A stretch of DNA of 64,000 bases from Microthyrium microscopicum. Taxonomy: Eukaryota. The stretch's first letter is position 1, and the number at the start of each line of letters is the position of its first letter. The DNA lies in contig MU004246.1 of the NCBI GenBank assembly GCA_010405405.1, positions 62,001 through 126,000 on the forward strand, given 5' to 3'. The notes beneath the pieces were generated by a model. The model had not been told where the DNA came from, searched no databases, and worked only from the letters and a program-made list of their open reading frames with translations. The translations under genes were made by a program, and so were the position numbers. Below, one piece after another: positions 58,653 through 64,000 of the stretch.

Positions 58653-58748
58653 TTACTTCCTGAGAAACGGCAAGGATGGATTGACATGAGCAACGCATTT
58701 GGATGATTAGAGACGTATATATACAACAGACTATAAGATCTCATTAAG

Positions 58749-59087
58749 CTACAATATCAGACATTTTTTTAAAGATGCTGGTCCAACTTGCAACAAGAAC
58801 TTTTTTGCCTCCATTTGTTCTGAAAAGGGGTCGTTTTTGTTTGGTTCTACCACATTCCGGTGCCAGTTTTTCCAACAATGTCGACTGCGGAATAGGAATT
58901 CAGGAAATGATCCTTGGAGGATGTAATCGCTTTCCCAGTCATCATGTATACGTTTAACGATCTCTAGACGTGGGCATATCGTGAAGCCAAAGTAGCTGCC
59001 GAAGCTGAGCGTTGCTGGGCACATGCCGATGTGTGTCCACCACAGAAAGCAGCCACAGGGTAGGATGTGGTATTGAAGTAGACACAT
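58749..59087 (-). CDS. MC-x8-CGC family protein, distal copy 7 (112 aa)
   Basis: MCLLQYHILPCGC...MCP...ICPRLEI...RSRHCWKNWH; same Cys/His layout as the array at 2.7-7.8 kb but lacks the GYNP..G tail. Confidence 0.75.
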   Translation of the reverse strand: MCLLQYHILPCGCFLWWTHIGMCPATLSFGSYFGFTICPRLEIVKRIHDDWESDYILQGSFPEFLFRSRHCWKNWHRNVVEPNKNDPFSEQMEAKKFLLQVGPASLKKCLIL

Positions 59088-59602
59088 GGTTATCTAGATG
59101 GCTTTGAGCATAATGGGTTGGAGTATGAATTGAGAGCAATATCATAGGATTGGTCTGTTTGATTGTAGTGATGTAATCTTTGGGCATTCACTTTTGCTTC
59201 AGTTGATCAGAGTCACTTCTGTGCTTCCAGAGACATGTCGTCAAGCAAGGTGCTGGCACTGGAAGAGTGATTCACTATCACTGTCTTGAAAGAAAAAAAT
59301 TGATAGATCTCTCGGGTTATATCTCACAACTTGCACTGAGTGAAGCTTACAAGTGTCGCCAAAGTACTCTATTCTAGTTCCCTACAGAATCAGCAAAAAC
59401 ACAGCCTTATAGCTCGCGAACAATTCACGAAACAGAAAATCCAACTAGCAATAAAGCACAAGCTGTCCATAATGTACTCTCCTCAAAATACTTTTATTGC
59501 TCTTCCTACCTAAGCTCAGTGACCACGGGGTGTGGAAGCGCGAGAAATTCTGCTCAAAGCACAACCTTCACCATATATACTCAAAACCCGGAATCATTTT
59601 TC

Positions 59603-59861
59603 AAGACACAGAATAGCGTGCGAGTGAGGCCCTCGTTTGGATCAAATTTGTGTGCTTGTTGGAATACGAGGCTAGCCCGATCGAGCTCTCACGATGAGCG
59701 TAATAAACAACAATACCGGTCGACACCGACGAAATCGACGACGCCGAGTTCAATTCCCGTACTAACCATAGATCGGTCGACCGAAATAAAAGCTGTCCGG
59801 GGCTTTTCCTTGTGATACACCTCCTATCCCATCGGGGCTAGGAGTTGTATCATAAGTTTTT
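59603..59861 (+). ncRNA. Putative Pol III-transcribed structured ncRNA, copy B (unknown class; ends inferred)
   Basis: TATATA 59574-59579; identical 66-nt 5' block; B box GTTCAATTC 59748-59756; AAAAGC/GCTTTT hairpin; 22-bp 3' hairpin with compensatory changes versus copy A; TTTTT-GC-TTTTT. Confidence 0.65.
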
Positions 59862-60067
59862 GCTTTTTGGTGGTGGTGTTTTGAATGATTTTTTGCTGTG
59901 GGTTGAGTAATCTAAGGCCTAGCTTCAGTGAAATAGACATGAGTAATAACACTATACAAAAACTGATATGTACGATTTGTCTTTATTGATTCTATGTAAC
60001 TATTGAAGCCGACATATCTTCATGTCGTAGTATTATGTTCTTCAGTCACTTTCCTGTCTGTTGATAG

Positions 60068-60787
60068 TCACTGTTTAGCCGCACCCTCCTCGCCCGCCTC
60101 ACCCGTTGCAGGGACATCTGACAATGAACCGTCCGCCAGCACCTTATTACCTGCCGAATTTTCTTCCTTGTCTGTCATAAACTCGTAGAGCGACGACGCC
60201 TCTGATCCAGTCACTGAATCATAACCATCATCATGACCATCCAGAATGTCAAAGTCCGCTTGATCGTCCTCTTCACCCGCCGAAGTAGGTGATGTATTGT
60301 GCGATGAGAACGAACTCGTTGATGAGTGTGACATAATAGACAAGGCCATGTAACCATCATCGTCATCCTCGTCCTCGTCCTCACCCTTCTTGTCGCGAGT
60401 TTGAACAGAAGCCAGGCTTCCTTCGCTAGCTGACTTGCGTAGACGTCGCCTGTATTGCTTTGGCAACACAGTATTGAAATCAGGAACACCCTGGTGCAGA
60501 AGGGAGAGAACATTCCACGCTTCTTCTGGAGTCATAGTAACTTCAAACACTTCACTGATACGCGCGGCTATCTCGTCAGGGTTCTGAGATTTAAGATAGC
60601 GAGTGAACTGTTGGCGCCAGCGCAGGTCATCGTTGTCGATGTACGAGGGTAGAGGGACTGGTGGTTCTGTAGTGGACTTGGAACGAGAGAAGTAAGGAAA
60701 TCTGATGCTTCTGAGAGTTGTTAGTGTTTCCTTCATAATCAGTGTTTGCTTGATGTGGACTTACTTGATTCCTAAGATATGAGGCAT
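60068..60787 (-). CDS. Hypothetical acidic-tailed protein (short first exon MPHILGIK plus one intron)
   Basis: ATG 60787; GTAAGT...CTAAC...CAG intron joins in frame to the 222-aa ORF. Confidence 0.6.
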
Positions 60788-61672
60788 GCTTGCAAATAGT
60801 AGAAGATGAAAATTGTACAGGGAAATGGTTGTGCTTGTGGTGTAGGTATTTTGCTGGGCCCAGCGGTCTTAAATGCCTTTTTTCGTTGTGCTGCTGTGCC
60901 GGCTGATTGAGTGGATGGTGATATGAAGTCTTTATGCACTTGCGTTAACTTGGCAAGTTGGCATTCTTAGTGAAGTAGTCGTATTGTCATAATCGGGAAT
61001 TCTACACAGACTCAAGTAACTGGTCAGTTATAAGACTGCCCAACCAGTGTCACGATGCTTCATTGCCTTGCCGCTAGGAGGCTACAACTGGCTATAGTCT
61101 ATTAAATAACGAAGTGTCTCCTTGGTTGCATCAAGTTACTTTAGGGCCTAAACGCACGTCAAGATCTCAAACCCTTAGTCATAAATTCCCTCATGAAAGG
61201 ACAAGTAAATAGAGCAGGAGCTATTAGGATTTAGAAGTCTTGTTGGGTATGAAAAGATATACACCCATGAAGTCTTCTCATTACAACCGGCCAACAAAAT
61301 GAAGAATGGGAACGCGCCACTTGTTTTGTCTGGGTTCGTCAAAGCCAACGTAAGAAGTATGGTACAAAGACAATAGAGCATAGCTTGGCTGACCATAAAA
61401 CATTCTGGAGTAAAATAACTATAAGTATTGCACCTTTTTTTTTCTTTAGCCTGCCTAGAATCGACACCTTTTGTAGCAAAATCATCTCGCTCCTTCAACT
61501 TTTCCTATCAGTAGTCCCCCAGACTACTTTATCATCATCACCAAATTTCTCTTCCTAGAGTCTGGACTTGTCAACCTTCAACACGACCACAAATCTCCAA
61601 TCAACAACCGCCCACCCTCGGATTATCGACTCCTATCATTTCCACGACTTCTTACCAATAGCTTTGACTATA

Positions 61673-61948
61673 ATGACGTCCTATCTTGAACCGGAAGGAG
61701 GCTTCATTCTTGACAATATCACGCGAGAGAATGGTACAATTTGTCTCTACATCCTAGGGTTGATCCAGGCTGCTGTGTTTTTGGTAAAAGTACTCTTCTG
61801 TTTCGTTCTCCTAATCATAGGATTAGTCTTGTTATCCCTTGGGCTTCTACTAGGTATTCCAATCGCCATTGGAAATGCCATAGAATATTATCTTAAACAA
61901 TCGACAACTGGGACGAACAACAATATCAAGAAAGAATACAATGAGTAG
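61673..61948 (+). CDS. Small hydrophobic membrane protein (91 aa)
   Basis: MTSYLEPEGG... followed by a ~45-aa hydrophobic stretch. Confidence 0.4.
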   Translation: MTSYLEPEGGFILDNITRENGTICLYILGLIQAAVFLVKVLFCFVLLIIGLVLLSLGLLLGIPIAIGNAIEYYLKQSTTGTNNNIKKEYNE

Positions 61949-62421
61949 AGTACGAATAGGAGTCATCGTGTCTAAGAGTTACAGGCGAAGGGGCATTTCA
62001 ATTCTATAGTTATTACGATTGGTTTCAAAACGGGAAGTCAACTACGTTACTCAAAAAGAAAGCACAAATAATAGCTTGGGTACTTCAGTCTAGAGCCACC
62101 TATGGAGCATCTACCCATGATGTGGCGATTGTGATGTCACATAGGATCAGTTTATTCGCTTCAATACACTTCTATGTTCAAGAGCATTTGGAATAAACAC
62201 ATTCTTATCGCTCAAACAATAAAACCACATTTGGAAAGTATGGTAGCAGTCCTGCAGACCACAGCTAGGCTAACCATAGGTCAGCGCTAAATTTTTGGAA
62301 GGCTGTGGACGAGCAAGTATAGTATAAAAGCTACGCATTCTCTCCAAAATAGCCTGCCAGCTCTTAGCACTTTTTCTCACGCAATAAAAAGGTTCCGCTG
62401 TTTTATCGAACTCTGCACATA

Positions 62422-63790
62422 CAGTCAGGTGCCAAAAGTCTCCGTCGTCGGCCTTTAACCATCAAACCTGTAAATCTATACCCATACTTCCAACCCAAAT
62501 TACTAGGCCAAACCAGCCCAGAATTTAATAATAAATAGATCAAAATAAAGCCAAAGAACAGGCCTATTTAGGTAGGGTATAGAATTTTTAAAGATTATAG
62601 TCTAATATTTAGTATACTAACCCTAAGCCTCTTTTAGTACCTAGAGCCTCCATAGCATACTATGAATATATTTATTTATCTCATCTTAGTCTATATAATC
62701 CCACGCGTCTAAAATATATTCTATAAAATACTCTTTAGTTACTTTATCTTTACTATGCATCTATTTAAGCTCTAAATATAGTTTATATAACTTTTTCTTA
62801 AGTAGAGCCTAGATGTTCTTAATAGGGTTTATATTAGGTAAGAATAGTAGCTATTCTATTACCTAAATTCCTTACTCTTCAAGCTACGACTTTATAATCT
62901 TTACTATATAAATTAAAGCATTATCTTATTAAAACAATTTACCTAGTTTATAAATAATTTAAAGTATATCTTTAAAGGCTAAGATATAAGACTTTGCTAA
63001 ATACTCCCCCCTTTTACTAGCTTTATCCCTTACTATTATAATCAATTCTAACTTCCCTTGACGTCTATAGATTATTCTATAAACCATAATAGATAGCTAA
63101 GTTCCCTTTAGCTTTAGATTAATCATCTCGCGATCCTATTTCTATTTAGGCGTACGGAAACATTATTCTTAGTTAGTATCTTTGCTATATTTAATAAAAC
63201 ACTTGTTAGAGAACTAAATAACTTCTTAATCTTCCTTAGTAAGGTATTTGTAATCGTTTACAAACTAAAGGCGTTTAACAACATATTCTTCGCGAAGAAG
63301 AGAACGTTATTTAGCCCTCTACTTTTTAATATTAAAGACTCTGCAAACTCGTTTAATTGTTCTTATTAAAAATATAAGGTTAAGACGCTCTTTAACCTTG
63401 TTATAGGTTACTTTAGAGTCGCTACGAACCTCTTAAATTAATTTAGAGACGTCTCGGCGAGTATAGCTATGAGGAGTACCTTTACGCTTAGTATTTTTAT
63501 AGTTTTCGTTGATTATTTAAGGATTATTCAAAATGAAGCGAACTAATATAGCAAAGATGTCGAACTCGCAAGCAATTTTAGCAGTAGATTTAGAGCCACT
63601 AGCTTAGCTAATTATTATGCCTTTTTAAAGGGGAGTAAATTAAGTATTAGGGATCCTATCGCCAAATAATTGCTTCAAAGGAGTACGAATTAGAGGCATA
63701 GTAGTAGTGGTTAGAAAGGATAATTATTTTGGAAGACGCGTTTGAAGGACGTGATATGCACGGACGACGGAGACTTATGGCCTAGTACTG
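62422..63790 (-). mobile_element. Full-length RIP-inactivated Tc1/mariner DNA transposon (DD34E), 1369 bp
   Basis: TA-flanked TIRs CAGTCAGGTGCCAAAAGTCTCCGTCGTC / CAGTACTAGGCCATAAGTCTCCGTCGTC; AT-rich interior. The minus-strand relic from ATG 63699 reconstructs FQQDNASIH...WPPFSPDMNPIENIW after reverting C>T/G>A changes. Confidence 0.92.
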
Positions 63791-64000
63791 TACCTACCAG
63801 CTGGCACCAGTACTGGGACTATCTACTACATCAACCTCCTTTCATCATAGATACAGCCTCAACAAGCGCTATTTAGATACTCCACGTGTTCTAAGCCAAG
63901 CTTGCTATTACTGCGGTAATACGTTTCGACTCTCTTCCAGCAACAGATGGTCTCAAATACAAACACAAAATGATGTTCTCTCTGGACCTGCCAGCCAGCC

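Noticed and set aside
59760..59771. TACTAAC-CATAG (branch point + acceptor) in ncRNA copy B, recalling the B-box-containing intron of S. pombe U6
   Set aside because: Not conserved in copy A, no convincing donor, and no U6 ACAGAGA core; treated as probable coincidence pending RNA-seq.
8144..59861. Inverted ncRNA copies as termini of a giant 51-kb mobile element
   Set aside because: The interior holds core housekeeping genes, with no transposase or tyrosine recombinase and no TSD, and the repeats have their own promoter/terminator architecture.
1..64000. CRISPR arrays, rRNA or canonical tRNA genes
   Set aside because: None seen by eye; the sequence is a eukaryotic fungal locus.

Overview
Eukaryotic DNA from a filamentous ascomycete (Pezizomycotina-type genes, short GT-AG introns with CTAAC/CTGAC branch sites, and a RIP-mutated transposon). 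Conserved genes: GLN4 (5' part), a mitochondrial PDK/BCKD-type kinase, UBP15/USP7, a p24 cargo receptor, RTT109, an AA9 LPMO, a CE12-type SGNH esterase, mitoribosomal bL19, an Mmc1-like protein and an Aro8-like aminotransferase. Interspersed are two paralog arrays. The first is small intronless Cys/His-rich 'MC-x8-CGC' proteins (six in tandem at 2.7-7.8 kb, two tiny divergent relatives, one distal copy at 58.7-59.1 kb). The second is five F-box-like genes at 33-43 kb alternating intact/pseudogene, one interrupted by a 247-bp MITE. The most striking unexplained element is a pair of ~260-280 nt putative Pol III non-coding RNA genes (8.1-8.5 kb minus; 59.6-59.9 kb plus). They share a TATA box, a 66-nt identical 5' block, a variable middle with a B box, covarying 3' hairpins and T5 terminators. 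They match no RNA class I recognise, and each lies next to an MC-family gene. A RIP-degraded Tc1 (DD34E) element with intact TIRs lies at 62.4-63.8 kb. All calls were made by eye; no database searches were run.
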